Part shown: one piece after another, positions 25,119 to 33,612 of the stretch | Position numbering within the stretch: position 1 is the first letter of the stretch | Layout: every line of letters begins with the position of its first letter | Assembly (NCBI GenBank): GCA_023150565.1 | Contig: JAKLKR010000003.1 | Coordinates: forward strand, 17,823 to 81,822 | Reading direction: 5' to 3' | Source: Planctomycetota bacterium | GTDB lineage: Bacteria > Planctomycetota > UBA11346 | DNA length: 64,000 nt | Program-made: the position numbers and the translations under genes | Notes under the pieces: generated by a model | What the model saw: only the letters and a program-made list of their open reading frames with translations | Databases searched by the model: none | Told to the model about the DNA's origin: nothing

Positions 25119-26591
25119 TCAATCCAGCCTGACCGCGCGCAGGCCCTGCAGGGCGATCCAGCCGTCCGAGGCCAGCTCGAGGGCGAACGCGCCGTCCTCG
25201 GCCACCACCTCGCCCAGCGCGACGTAGGCGGCGTCGCCCTGGCGGCGCAGGGTCTCGGCGCGCGGCGCCGCCGGCTGGCCGCCGGGCAGGGCGAAGCGGG
25301 CGGTGGCGTGGCACCAATGCGGGATCGGCTGCACCTCGACGCGGTAGCGGCCGGGGCGGCCGGGCCGCAGCGGCACCTGCACGCGGCGGCCGTCGAGCCG
25401 GACGCGCACGCCGCCCTTGGTGCGCAGCCACTCCTGCTCCTGCAGCCAGCCGGGCACCCAGAACACGGTGGCAACCTCCAGGCCGAGGGCTCGCAGCGGC
25501 ACCTCCAGAGCCGGCACATCGAGCGGCGGCGCCGGCTCGTCGCCCTCGATGCCGGGATGGCGGCGGGGATGGTTGGCGGCGCCCGCCGGCAGCGGCGCGC
25601 GGCCGGCGATGGGCCGCTCCTGGTACCAGAAGGCGGTGGAGGCGAAGCCGTTGGCGCCCGCCCCGCCGTCGAAGGAGTCGATGGCGTCGCCCCACTGATG
25701 CTCGATGGTGACGCGGATGTGGCGCTCGAAGCGCACCGGATCGGGGCCGTGGAAGCGGTACCAGGTGTGGAAGGCGCCGCCGTCCGGCCGCTTCTCGATC
25801 AGGGGCACCCCGTACCAGGGGTAGGTGAACGGCTTGGCGAAGCCCCAGGCATTGCAGAAGTAGTCCTCGGTGCCGGTGCCGTTGATGGTCGGCATGGGGT
25901 CGCGGTCGATGAAGATCATGTCATCGCCCTCGCCGTACCAGCCCGGGGTGCGGCTGTCGACATAGAGGAAGCCGCCGACGTAGTGGCCGCGCCCCTCGGT
26001 CTCCAGCAGCACGTAGTTGTCCTTGCCGTCGAGGTTCATCCACGGCTGGCTGGCCAGTTCGCGCTCCTGGCGGAACACGGCGTGGAACAGGCCGAGATCG
26101 GGGTCCTGCGGCCCCAGCTCATGGTCGACATGGAAGTAGAGCGAGCGCAGGCTGCGCTCGCCGTTGTTGCACAGCTCGATGCGCGCATGGCGCCGGAAGG
26201 GCATCGGCCAGTAGCAGTTGAAGGAGCGCTCGTTGCTGCCGACGGTGATGGGCGCGGCGGTGAGGTGGAAGTCGCGCTTGTAGTAGAGATAGGGCGGCAG
26301 GGCGTGGCCGAGGCCGAAGAAGTCGCCCAGCGGCACCTCGACGCTGGGCACCGCGCTGCCTTCCCAGTACATGCGCAGCACCAGGTCGCGCAGGGCGGTG
26401 GTGTGGCCGGGGTACTCGAAGTAGGTCAGCCAGAGGTGGGTGACCCGGCCCGGTCCACCGGTGTCGAGCAGCACCTGGGTCGCGCCCGGCGCCAGGTCGC
26501 TGATGTTGTCGTTGTTGCCGCCGGTGCGGTCCCACGACGACGAGCGCCGCGAGCGGGCGGAGGTGATGCGGGCGAGGTGCGCGAGGTCCAT
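25119..26591 (-). CDS. GH172 / DUF2961-family glycoside hydrolase with a ~140-aa C-terminal extension
   Basis: 'SSWDRTGGNNDN', 'GPGRVTHLWLT', 'PLGDFFG', 'NCYWPMPF', 'WYGEGDDMIFID' and 'GTGTEDYF' are DUF2961 hallmarks. Start chosen at MDLAHLARI (ATG at 26591). Confidence 0.8.
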   Translation of the reverse strand: MDLAHLARITSARSRRSSSWDRTGGNNDNISDLAPGATQVLLDTGGPGRVTHLWLTYFEYPGHTTALRDLVLRMYWEGSAVPSVEVPLGDFFGLGHALPPYLYYKRDFHLTAAPITVGSNERSFNCYWPMPFRRHARIELCNNGERSLRSLYFHVDHELGPQDPDLGLFHAVFRQERELASQPWMNLDGKDNYVLLETEGRGHYVGGFLYVDSRTPGWYGEGDDMIFIDRDPMPTINGTGTEDYFCNAWGFAKPFTYPWYGVPLIEKRPDGGAFHTWYRFHGPDPVRFERHIRVTIEHQWGDAIDSFDGGAGANGFASTAFWYQERPIAGRAPLPAGAANHPRRHPGIEGDEPAPPLDVPALEVPLRALGLEVATVFWVPGWLQEQEWLRTKGGVRVRLDGRRVQVPLRPGRPGRYRVEVQPIPHWCHATARFALPGGQPAAPRAETLRRQGDAAYVALGEVVAEDGAFALELASDGWIALQGLRAVRLD

Positions 26592-26686
26592 GATCGGCTT
26601 CCTGGGCTGGGGTTCCCGCCGGGACTGCCCGGCGGGATCGGGGTCGGCGGCAGGACAGCACACGCCGCACACCATGGCGGTAATCG

Positions 26687-26700
26687 TGCAACCGGTTGCA
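26687..26700. promoter_or_regulatory. Putative LacI-family operator, perfect palindrome TGCAACCGGTTGCA
   Basis: Lies in the 194-bp gap between the two GH172 genes, about 96 bp upstream of the ATG at 26591. Confidence 0.55.
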
Positions 26701-26785
26701 TTTCATTCGCAACGAAGGCCTGCAAGCACCCCCTCGCGACCGGGGGGGGGCCGAGGCGGGGGGACCCCGCCCCGGCCACGGGCAG

Positions 26786-27916
26786 TCAGATGATCTCGAG
26801 CTGATCGCGACTGGGCAGGGCCGGGAACGGCGCGTGCGGGTCGGCCTGGTACCAGAAGGCGACCGACGACATGTCGTCCTGGTTGGGCAGGTAGCGGCCG
26901 CCGGCGCGCCAGCCGAGCGACTGCATGGTGATGGCGAGGTCCTTCTGGAAGCGCACCGGGTCGGTGATGTGCCAGCGGTACAGGCTGAAGCGGGTGTTGG
27001 CCTGATAGCAGCCGTCGGGACGGACCACGTGCGGCACCCCGGCGTAGGCGGTGGTGAACTCGCGGTAGGTCTTGGTGGTCTTGTCCTCGAAGTTGTAGCT
27101 GCCGCAGAAGTAGTCCTCGGTGCCGGTGCCGCAGATGGTCGGGTAGCACTCGCCGCCATGCTCCTTGACGTTGCGCCCCACCACCCCGCCGGGCAGGTCG
27201 CCATCGAGGTAGAACTTGATCTCGCCCTCGCCCCACCAGCCGTTGTTGTTCATCTGCCAGGCCATGTAGGTGCCGACGTAGTGGCCCTGGCCGCGCACGC
27301 CGTCGAGGATGGTGTAGACATCCTTGTAGGGCAGCGGGTTGGTGCGGCGGAACTGGGCGTGGAAGTAGGCCGCGTCGGCCGGCACCTGGGTCAGGGTGTA
27401 GTTGATCTGGTAGAAGATGGTCATCGGCTCGAAGCCGATGTTCTCCATGGTGATCCGGCAGTGCTTGCGGAAGGGCATCTCCCAGTAGCAGTTGAAGGCG
27501 TTGCCCGGGTTCACGCACACGGGCAGGGAGTCGATAGGACGGAAGGTGTTGAAATTGGTGTAGGCGCTGGCGAAGAAGTCGCCCACCGGAACCTCGACCG
27601 AGGGGGTGGCCTCGCCGTCCCAGTAGAAGCGCAGGATGGTGAAGCGGTAGTTGCCGGTGGGGGTCATCCAAATCTGCTGGATGGCGCCGGGGCCGTCGAC
27701 ATCCGCCAGCACCAGGGTCTCGCCGGGCTTGATCTGGGTGCAGGGGCGCACCTTCCAGCCGGTGCCGAGGTCGCGCGAGGCGCCGTGGGCGGGATCGACA
27801 TGGCGACCGCCCTGGCCCTTGCCGCCGGTGGGGTTTTCGGCCGAGATCGAGCGCGTCTCCGCCTGCGAGAGCAGGGACAGGTTGCCGAGGTTCATGCCGA
27901 GGCCGTTGAATGCCAT
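26786..27916 (-). CDS. GH172 / DUF2961-family glycoside hydrolase (376 aa)
   Basis: 'ISAENPTGGKGQGG', 'GPGAIQQIWMT', 'PVGDFFA', 'NCYWEMPF', 'WWGEGEIKFYLDGD' and 'GTGTEDYFCGSY'. Paralog of 25119..26591. Confidence 0.85.
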   Translation of the reverse strand: MAFNGLGMNLGNLSLLSQAETRSISAENPTGGKGQGGRHVDPAHGASRDLGTGWKVRPCTQIKPGETLVLADVDGPGAIQQIWMTPTGNYRFTILRFYWDGEATPSVEVPVGDFFASAYTNFNTFRPIDSLPVCVNPGNAFNCYWEMPFRKHCRITMENIGFEPMTIFYQINYTLTQVPADAAYFHAQFRRTNPLPYKDVYTILDGVRGQGHYVGTYMAWQMNNNGWWGEGEIKFYLDGDLPGGVVGRNVKEHGGECYPTICGTGTEDYFCGSYNFEDKTTKTYREFTTAYAGVPHVVRPDGCYQANTRFSLYRWHITDPVRFQKDLAITMQSLGWRAGGRYLPNQDDMSSVAFWYQADPHAPFPALPSRDQLEII

Positions 27917-28007
27917 GGTGGGCTCCGTGGGTGCTGCTTGGATCATGCCCGCCCGCAGGCCGCCCGCATTGCCGTGCGTTCGCCGTTTCTTGTCGTATGT
28001 TCGGCTC

Positions 28008-28835
28008 ATGGTCGACAGCCCCGCGGCCCCCCCCGGGCCCAGCCTCAAGATCTGGTATCCGCCCGGACGCCTGCCCGGCGGCACCCTCGAGGTGCGCGGC
28101 CTCGGCCGGCGCGAGGAGATGATCCCGTGCATCATCGACCGCCCGCGCGGCACCGGCGACTGGCTGTTCATGGTCTTCCACGCCGAGGTCGACCTGCGCG
28201 TCGACGGCGAGGACGTGCGCTGCCCCGGCCCGGTGCTGATGACCTGGGCCCCCGACCAGGGGCACTGGTACGGCTGGAAGCAGGCCCCCTGGCTGCACTC
28301 GTGGATCCACGCCCGCGGCCCCGCCCTCGACGCCCTGGCCGGCGCCAACGGCCTGCCGCACGGTCGGCCCATCCCCGCCTTCCCGCCCGCGGTGCTGGAG
28401 GCGACGGTCGACGCCCTGCAGCGCGAACTGGCCCGGCCCGACCCCGACCCCACCCTCGCCCGACTGCACCTGGAGGCGCTGGTGCGCGAGGCCGCACGCT
28501 GCGCCGCCGGCCCACCCGCCAGCGCCCCGCCGCCGTGGCCGGACATCCGCCGCTTCATCGACGAGCACCACGCCCAACGCCTGACCCTGGCGGGGATGGC
28601 GCGCCGCTTCCGCATGTCGCCCCAGCACCTCTGCGAAGGCTTCCACCGCTGGTTCGGCGCGCCCCCGATCGAATACCTCATCCGCCTGCGCCTGGACCGC
28701 GCGCGCATGCTGCTGAGCGACCGCAACCGCAGCGTGGCCGCGGTCGCCGCCGAGGTCGGCTGGCACGACGCGCCGCATTTCACCCGCCTCTTCCGGCGCC
28801 GCTGCGGGGTTTCCCCACGCAGCCTGAGGACTTGA
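28008..28835 (+). CDS. AraC/XylS-family transcriptional regulator (cupin-like N-terminus plus double HTH)
   Basis: C-terminus 'LTLAGMARRFRMSPQHLCEGFHRWFGAPPIEYLIRLRLDRARMLL...VAAEVGWHDAPHFTRLFRRRCGVSP'. Divergent from the GH172 gene. Confidence 0.8.
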   Translation: MVDSPAAPPGPSLKIWYPPGRLPGGTLEVRGLGRREEMIPCIIDRPRGTGDWLFMVFHAEVDLRVDGEDVRCPGPVLMTWAPDQGHWYGWKQAPWLHSWIHARGPALDALAGANGLPHGRPIPAFPPAVLEATVDALQRELARPDPDPTLARLHLEALVREAARCAAGPPASAPPPWPDIRRFIDEHHAQRLTLAGMARRFRMSPQHLCEGFHRWFGAPPIEYLIRLRLDRARMLLSDRNRSVAAVAAEVGWHDAPHFTRLFRRRCGVSPRSLRT

Positions 28836-28858
28836 TTGCAACCGGTTGCAATGTAGCA
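28831..28858 (+). promoter_or_regulatory. Sigma70-like promoter TTGATT-N16-TAGCAT with the palindromic operator in the spacer
   Basis: The hexamers and spacing were read directly. The -10 element ends 10 nt before the ATG at 28869, which implies a very short leader. Confidence 0.4.
28836..28849. promoter_or_regulatory. Putative LacI-family operator, perfect palindrome TGCAACCGGTTGCA
   Basis: Starts 1 nt after the AraC stop codon and ends 19 nt upstream of the ATG at 28869. Confidence 0.55.
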
Positions 28859-28868
28859 TGCGGGGACC

Positions 28869-31073
28869 ATGGCAGAATCCCGCGCGCGCCGCCCCTTCGA
28901 CCAGAGCATGGGGTTCTGGCTCAACGATCCCGCCATCCATGAGCCGCAGCGCATCGCCGCGGCGATGGCCGACCTCGCCGCCAGCGGCTACGGGATCGTG
29001 CGCATCATGGTGCGCCAGACCTGCTTCCACCACCGCTCGCCGGAGGTGATCGCGGCGGTGGCGCGGGCGGTCGAGCACGGCCACCAGCTCGGCCTGCGCG
29101 TGGTGCTCGACTGCGAGCCGCACAAGCTGGTGGCGGAGCAGATCGGCCAGGGCGGCCGCAACGCGCTCGGCTGGCGCCTGTTCCGCGCCAGCGGCCCGCT
29201 GCGCGACGGCGCCTTCCGCGCCGACCTCCAGCTCGGCGACACGAACGGCATCACCTTCGACCACATCGCCGCGGCGGTGGTCAGCGATGCGGCCGGCGAG
29301 CGGGTGGTGCCGACCCCGGCCTGCGCCCTCGACTGGGAGATCAACATGGCGCCCGCCGGCATCGCCGACGCGCGCCAGGAATACGGCGACGGCAAGAGCT
29401 TCCGCCAGACCCGCCATCTCGGCCTGCGCGGCCGCGTCGCCGGCGCCGGCGACGGCACCATCGTCCTCTATGTGGCGGTGGCCGACCGCCAGCTGGTCGA
29501 CTTCGCCGCCCCCGAGACCCGCGCCTGGTTCCGCGCCCTGGTCGCCGACTACCGCCACATCCCCCTCGACGGCCTGTGCTGGGACGAACCCGCCATCGCC
29601 GGCGACTGGAACAGCTACCGCTATGGCCGGGGCTTCGCCCGGCGCTTCGCCGAGCTGAACGGCTACGAGCTGGCGCCGCGCCTGCACCTGCTCGACGCCC
29701 CCGGGCTGAGGCCGGAGGCGGTCAAGGTCCGCCTCGACTACTACCGCACCCTCAACGAGTCGCTGTTCGCGGCCCAGGCCGACCTGATCGCGGCGGCGCG
29801 CGCCGCCTTCGGCCCCGACGTGCTGCTCGGCAACCACCACACCTGGCAGGGCGAGGGCGGGATCAACGACTACCGCGCCGGCGCGGTCGACTACTTCCGG
29901 CTCAACGACCAGATGGACGCCGGCTACACCGACTGCTGGTGGTGGGATCCGGCCTCGGTCGCCTACAGCTACGCCCTGGGCTCGTCGCTCGGCCGCCTGA
30001 CCCCCTCGGGCGAGGCCGAGTGCAACACCTGGCACGCCAAGCCCACCGTGCGCAGCACGCGCTGGAACGCCCGGCTGATGAGCCTGATGCACATCACCTG
30101 GTTCAACATCTGGTATGGCGACGACGCCGACACCGCGATGTATCCCGCCCACCACGCCTGGCCGGCCCAGGTCGCGACCATGCAGCGGCACCGCCGCTGG
30201 CAGCTGGCGCTGGGCCGGGCGCGGCCGGTGGTCGATATCGCCGTGCTGCACGACTGGCAAGGAGTGTGCGGCGCCAACCGCGCCCACGCCGCCAACCTGC
30301 ACAAGTCGTTCTGCATGAACCTGTCGCTGCGCGCGCAGGCGTGCAGCACCGCCTTCGACTTCATCGACGTCCGCCTGCTGGCCGGCTCGACGGTCGACGG
30401 CGTGGCGCTGGGCAACGCCCTCGGACGCTACCGCGTGCTGGTCATCCCCGGCGCGGCGGTGCTCGACCGCGCCTCCTGGCGGCGGGTCCAGGCCTTCGCC
30501 GCCGCCGGCGGGCGGGTGGTTTTCGCCGGCCCCCCGCCCAGCGTCGACGAGGCCGGCGGCGACCTCGCCGCCGAGTTCGCCGGCCTGCTCGCCATGCCTC
30601 CGCTGCACGCCGACGCCTACGACGCCTGGTTCGCCCAGACCGGCGCCCCCCTGCCGCAGCACCGCCCGGAGCGCTTCGACCTCGCCTATCCCCTGGCGGT
30701 CGACCCGGCGCGCGCCATCCCGTGCGACGAGGGCGGCATCCACGGGGTGCGCTCGCCGGCCGGCAACGTGGTGTGGTTCAGCGGCTACGAGGCCTCGGAG
30801 GATGTCCTCGCCCAGTGCCGGCGCTGGGCCCCGGCGGCGGTGGGCTGCCACTCGGCCAGCGTGCTGTGGCGGCTCTACCGCGACGGCGGACGCTCCCTGC
30901 TGATGCTGGTGGCGCGCGAGGACGCCGAGCTGTCCGGCATCATCGAGTACGCCGGCCACCGCCTGCGCCTGGCGGGCGGCACCTGCGCCTGCCTGGCGGT
31001 GGAGGCCGACGGCGCCGCCCGACTGCTGCACGACGACGAGGCCGCCGGCTCCACCCTCGAGAGGATCGCCTGA
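28869..31073 (+). CDS. Cytoplasmic ~734-aa glycosidase-like protein (TIM-barrel-like N-terminus plus GATase-fold domain, GH42-like architecture; family unassigned)
   Basis: No signal peptide. 'GYGIVRIMVRQTCFHH...LGLRVVLDCEPH' looks like a TIM-barrel start. 'YRVLVIPGAAVLDRASWRRVQAFAAAGGRVVFAGPP' resembles the GH42 domain B. Confidence 0.65.
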   Translation: MAESRARRPFDQSMGFWLNDPAIHEPQRIAAAMADLAASGYGIVRIMVRQTCFHHRSPEVIAAVARAVEHGHQLGLRVVLDCEPHKLVAEQIGQGGRNALGWRLFRASGPLRDGAFRADLQLGDTNGITFDHIAAAVVSDAAGERVVPTPACALDWEINMAPAGIADARQEYGDGKSFRQTRHLGLRGRVAGAGDGTIVLYVAVADRQLVDFAAPETRAWFRALVADYRHIPLDGLCWDEPAIAGDWNSYRYGRGFARRFAELNGYELAPRLHLLDAPGLRPEAVKVRLDYYRTLNESLFAAQADLIAAARAAFGPDVLLGNHHTWQGEGGINDYRAGAVDYFRLNDQMDAGYTDCWWWDPASVAYSYALGSSLGRLTPSGEAECNTWHAKPTVRSTRWNARLMSLMHITWFNIWYGDDADTAMYPAHHAWPAQVATMQRHRRWQLALGRARPVVDIAVLHDWQGVCGANRAHAANLHKSFCMNLSLRAQACSTAFDFIDVRLLAGSTVDGVALGNALGRYRVLVIPGAAVLDRASWRRVQAFAAAGGRVVFAGPPPSVDEAGGDLAAEFAGLLAMPPLHADAYDAWFAQTGAPLPQHRPERFDLAYPLAVDPARAIPCDEGGIHGVRSPAGNVVWFSGYEASEDVLAQCRRWAPAAVGCHSASVLWRLYRDGGRSLLMLVAREDAELSGIIEYAGHRLRLAGGTCACLAVEADGAARLLHDDEAAGSTLERIA

Positions 31074-33466
31074 TGCGCCGCACCGCCCAGCCCTTCGCCG
31101 ATGCCGCCGGCCGTCCCCTCACCCGTGGCGGCCTCGGCCGCTCGGCCTGCTGGATCGCGGGCGGGCGCACCGCCTGCTCGCTGGTCGAGCACGGCGGGAT
31201 CGAGGAGATCGCCTGGTTCGGCGACCAGCCGCTGCACCGCCAGGCGCTCTTCCGCGGCGGCTTCCGCAGCGCCTACGCGCGGGTGTTCCGCCCCCAGCTG
31301 CTGGTCGGCGACCGCCTGTGGACGCTCGGGATCGGCGACGGCGCGCTGCATCCCTCCGGCTGGACCGGCCGCATGGCCATCCCCGCCGAGGGGCTGGAGC
31401 TGGAGCTGGCGGTGGTCTGCACCAACAACGCCCTGATCCAGTCGGTGCGGGTGCTGAAGAATCCGCGCCGGCATGCCCTCGGCCTGCGCCTGTCGCTGCG
31501 CGACTACCTGCGCGTGCAGCTGGAGCGCCGCAGCTGGAGCGCGTGGAAGCCGGCCGACGGCGCCGTGGTGTGCACCGTCACCGACACGGCACCGCCGCAC
31601 CAGGATGACGGCCACGAGGAGCTGAACGCCGGCCAGCTCAGCTTCACCTATCCCGACCAAGCCGAGCCCCGCACCACGCGCATCGCGGTGGTCGGCGATG
31701 GCGCGGTGGCGATGCGCTCCTTCCGCAGCCAGCTGCGCCAGTTCGACCTCGCCCCCGGCCGGCGCGCGGTGCTGGGCATGGCGCTGGTTTTCGCCTCGTC
31801 GGCCAAGGCCCTCGCCGCCGAGCGCCGGGCGCTGGCCGGCGGGGTGGGCGCAGCGGCGTGGACGGCGACCGCCTCCTGGGCGGCGGCCGAGCGCGATGCC
31901 ACCCGGCCCGCCGGGCTCTCGCCCGAGGTGGTGTCGTTCGCGCAGCAGGTGCCGGCGCTGGTCCACGCCGCCATGCCCGCCGACCTGCCCGGCGCCATGC
32001 GCGCCAGCTACAACTCCTACTGGGTGTGGGGCTGGGACACCCTGGTGCACGCCCACACCTACCTGCTCAACGGCGTCGACGACCTGGTGGCGCCGGCGCT
32101 CGACCTCTACGTGCGCACCGCCCACCCCGAATACGGCATCGGCCACGCCTTCGACAAGCGCATGCGCCCGCTGCTGACCCAGCCGCTCACCGCCCAGGGG
32201 CTGTTCGCCATCGCCGCCTGGCAGCTGTGGTCGCTGCGCGGCGACCTCGATGCCGCGCGCCGGCACTGGCCGTTCATCGTGCGCTGGCTGCAGCGCTGCC
32301 GCACCCGCCCGGTGCGCGACGGGCTGTTCGTGGGCATGGCCCTGATCCCCGACTTCCCGCAGGACGCCGGCCAGGACGGCGACGACCTCAGCCCGTTCAA
32401 CAACAGCGTGATGTACCAGGCCTGCCGCTGCATCGAGGGCCTGGCGGGCGCGCTCGGCGACCACGCCACCGCGGCCTCGGCGGGCGAGGTCACCACCGCC
32501 ATGCGCGCCGGCTTCGCCCGCCGCCTGTGGGACCCCCGCCGCGGCTTCTGGAACGACAGCGTCAGGGCCTCGACCTGGCAGCGCCGGCCCAGCTACCCCG
32601 CCCACGCGCTGATCTGGGTCACGCCCTTCTGCCGCGAGCTGATCAACGATCCCGAGACCGCCGCCGCCTTCGCCGAACGCCACCTGCGCATGGCCGGCGG
32701 CATCCGCCCGTATCCGGCCTGGGACCCCGCTTTCAACGCCGACGGCAACCAGCTCGCCCAGCATTACGCCCCCGGCCAGGATCCGCTGTTCCTGCGCCTG
32801 ATGGCGATGACCGGCCGCCAGGCGCGCCTGCGCGAATGGCTGCGCTGGAAGGACGAGCTGTGGGGCGACCTCACCGTGCCCGAAGGGGTGACGGTGGAGG
32901 CCGAGAACGACGGGCCGGTGCGCCCCGACCTGCCCGGTGGCCGCCAGATGTTCGCGGTCAAGGCCTGGAGCGACGGCCTGTTCGGCGCCGTGCTCGGCAT
33001 CGCCGTCGACCCCGGCGGCCTCACCGCCGAGCCCGGGCTCGATGGCCCGCTGCGCTGGTCCAACATCCCCATCCGCGGCCGCCGCTGGAGCGTCCGGGTG
33101 ACCGGCGCCGGCGCCCACATCGCGCGCATGCGGGTGGCGGGCAGGGTGTGGCACGGCACGCGCAAGGTGCCGCTGCCGGCCCGCGGCGCTGCCACGGTGG
33201 TGATAGAGCGCAGCGCGACCCCGCCGCGCCAGCCGGTGCTGCAGGCCGCCGACGGGGCCAGCGTGCTCGCCAGCCGGGTGGGCAGGGACGGCCTGGAGGT
33301 GCGCCTGGCGGCGCCCGGCCGCACCCTGGTGCGGCTGTGGGCGCCCAAGCGCCCGCAGGTGCTGGTCGACGGCGCTGCTGCCGCCATCACCTGGGACCGC
33401 GCCAGCCGCATCGCCGAGCTGTGGCTGCCCGCCTGCCCGCAGGGCTGCCTGGTGTCGGCCGGCTAG
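31073..33466 (+). CDS. Cytoplasmic ~797-aa six-hairpin (alpha/alpha)6 glycosidase-like protein (GDE_C/GH15/GH63-like fold)
   Basis: The TGATG stop/start junction shares 1 nt with the upstream gene. The N-terminal beta-sandwich is followed by 'SYNSYWVWGWDTLVHAHTYLLNG', typical of the start of an (alpha/alpha)6 catalytic domain. Confidence 0.65.
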   Translation: MRRTAQPFADAAGRPLTRGGLGRSACWIAGGRTACSLVEHGGIEEIAWFGDQPLHRQALFRGGFRSAYARVFRPQLLVGDRLWTLGIGDGALHPSGWTGRMAIPAEGLELELAVVCTNNALIQSVRVLKNPRRHALGLRLSLRDYLRVQLERRSWSAWKPADGAVVCTVTDTAPPHQDDGHEELNAGQLSFTYPDQAEPRTTRIAVVGDGAVAMRSFRSQLRQFDLAPGRRAVLGMALVFASSAKALAAERRALAGGVGAAAWTATASWAAAERDATRPAGLSPEVVSFAQQVPALVHAAMPADLPGAMRASYNSYWVWGWDTLVHAHTYLLNGVDDLVAPALDLYVRTAHPEYGIGHAFDKRMRPLLTQPLTAQGLFAIAAWQLWSLRGDLDAARRHWPFIVRWLQRCRTRPVRDGLFVGMALIPDFPQDAGQDGDDLSPFNNSVMYQACRCIEGLAGALGDHATAASAGEVTTAMRAGFARRLWDPRRGFWNDSVRASTWQRRPSYPAHALIWVTPFCRELINDPETAAAFAERHLRMAGGIRPYPAWDPAFNADGNQLAQHYAPGQDPLFLRLMAMTGRQARLREWLRWKDELWGDLTVPEGVTVEAENDGPVRPDLPGGRQMFAVKAWSDGLFGAVLGIAVDPGGLTAEPGLDGPLRWSNIPIRGRRWSVRVTGAGAHIARMRVAGRVWHGTRKVPLPARGAATVVIERSATPPRQPVLQAADGASVLASRVGRDGLEVRLAAPGRTLVRLWAPKRPQVLVDGAAAAITWDRASRIAELWLPACPQGCLVSAG

Positions 33467-33503
33467 ACCCCGAACCGTTCCCCGAGCAACCCACCAGGTG
33501 CGT

Positions 33504-33611
33504 CCTACACGCGGCAGTTGGTAGCGGCAGCAAGGCGCCGACACGCGATGTGTACTGGTGTACATGAGCGTGTCGGGAACGCAGCTGCCGCCTCCAAATG
33601 CCGCGTGTAGG
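33504..33611. terminator. 108-nt multi-tier imperfect hairpin between convergent genes (bidirectional terminator or REP-like element)
   Basis: Outer arms CCTACACGCGGCA/TGCCGCGTGTAGG (13/13). Middle tier about 12/14. Inner arms CCGACACGC/GCGTGTCGG (9/9). Apical TGTAC/GTACA. The hairpin ends 1 nt from the metG stop codon. Confidence 0.6.
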
Positions 33612-33612
33612 C

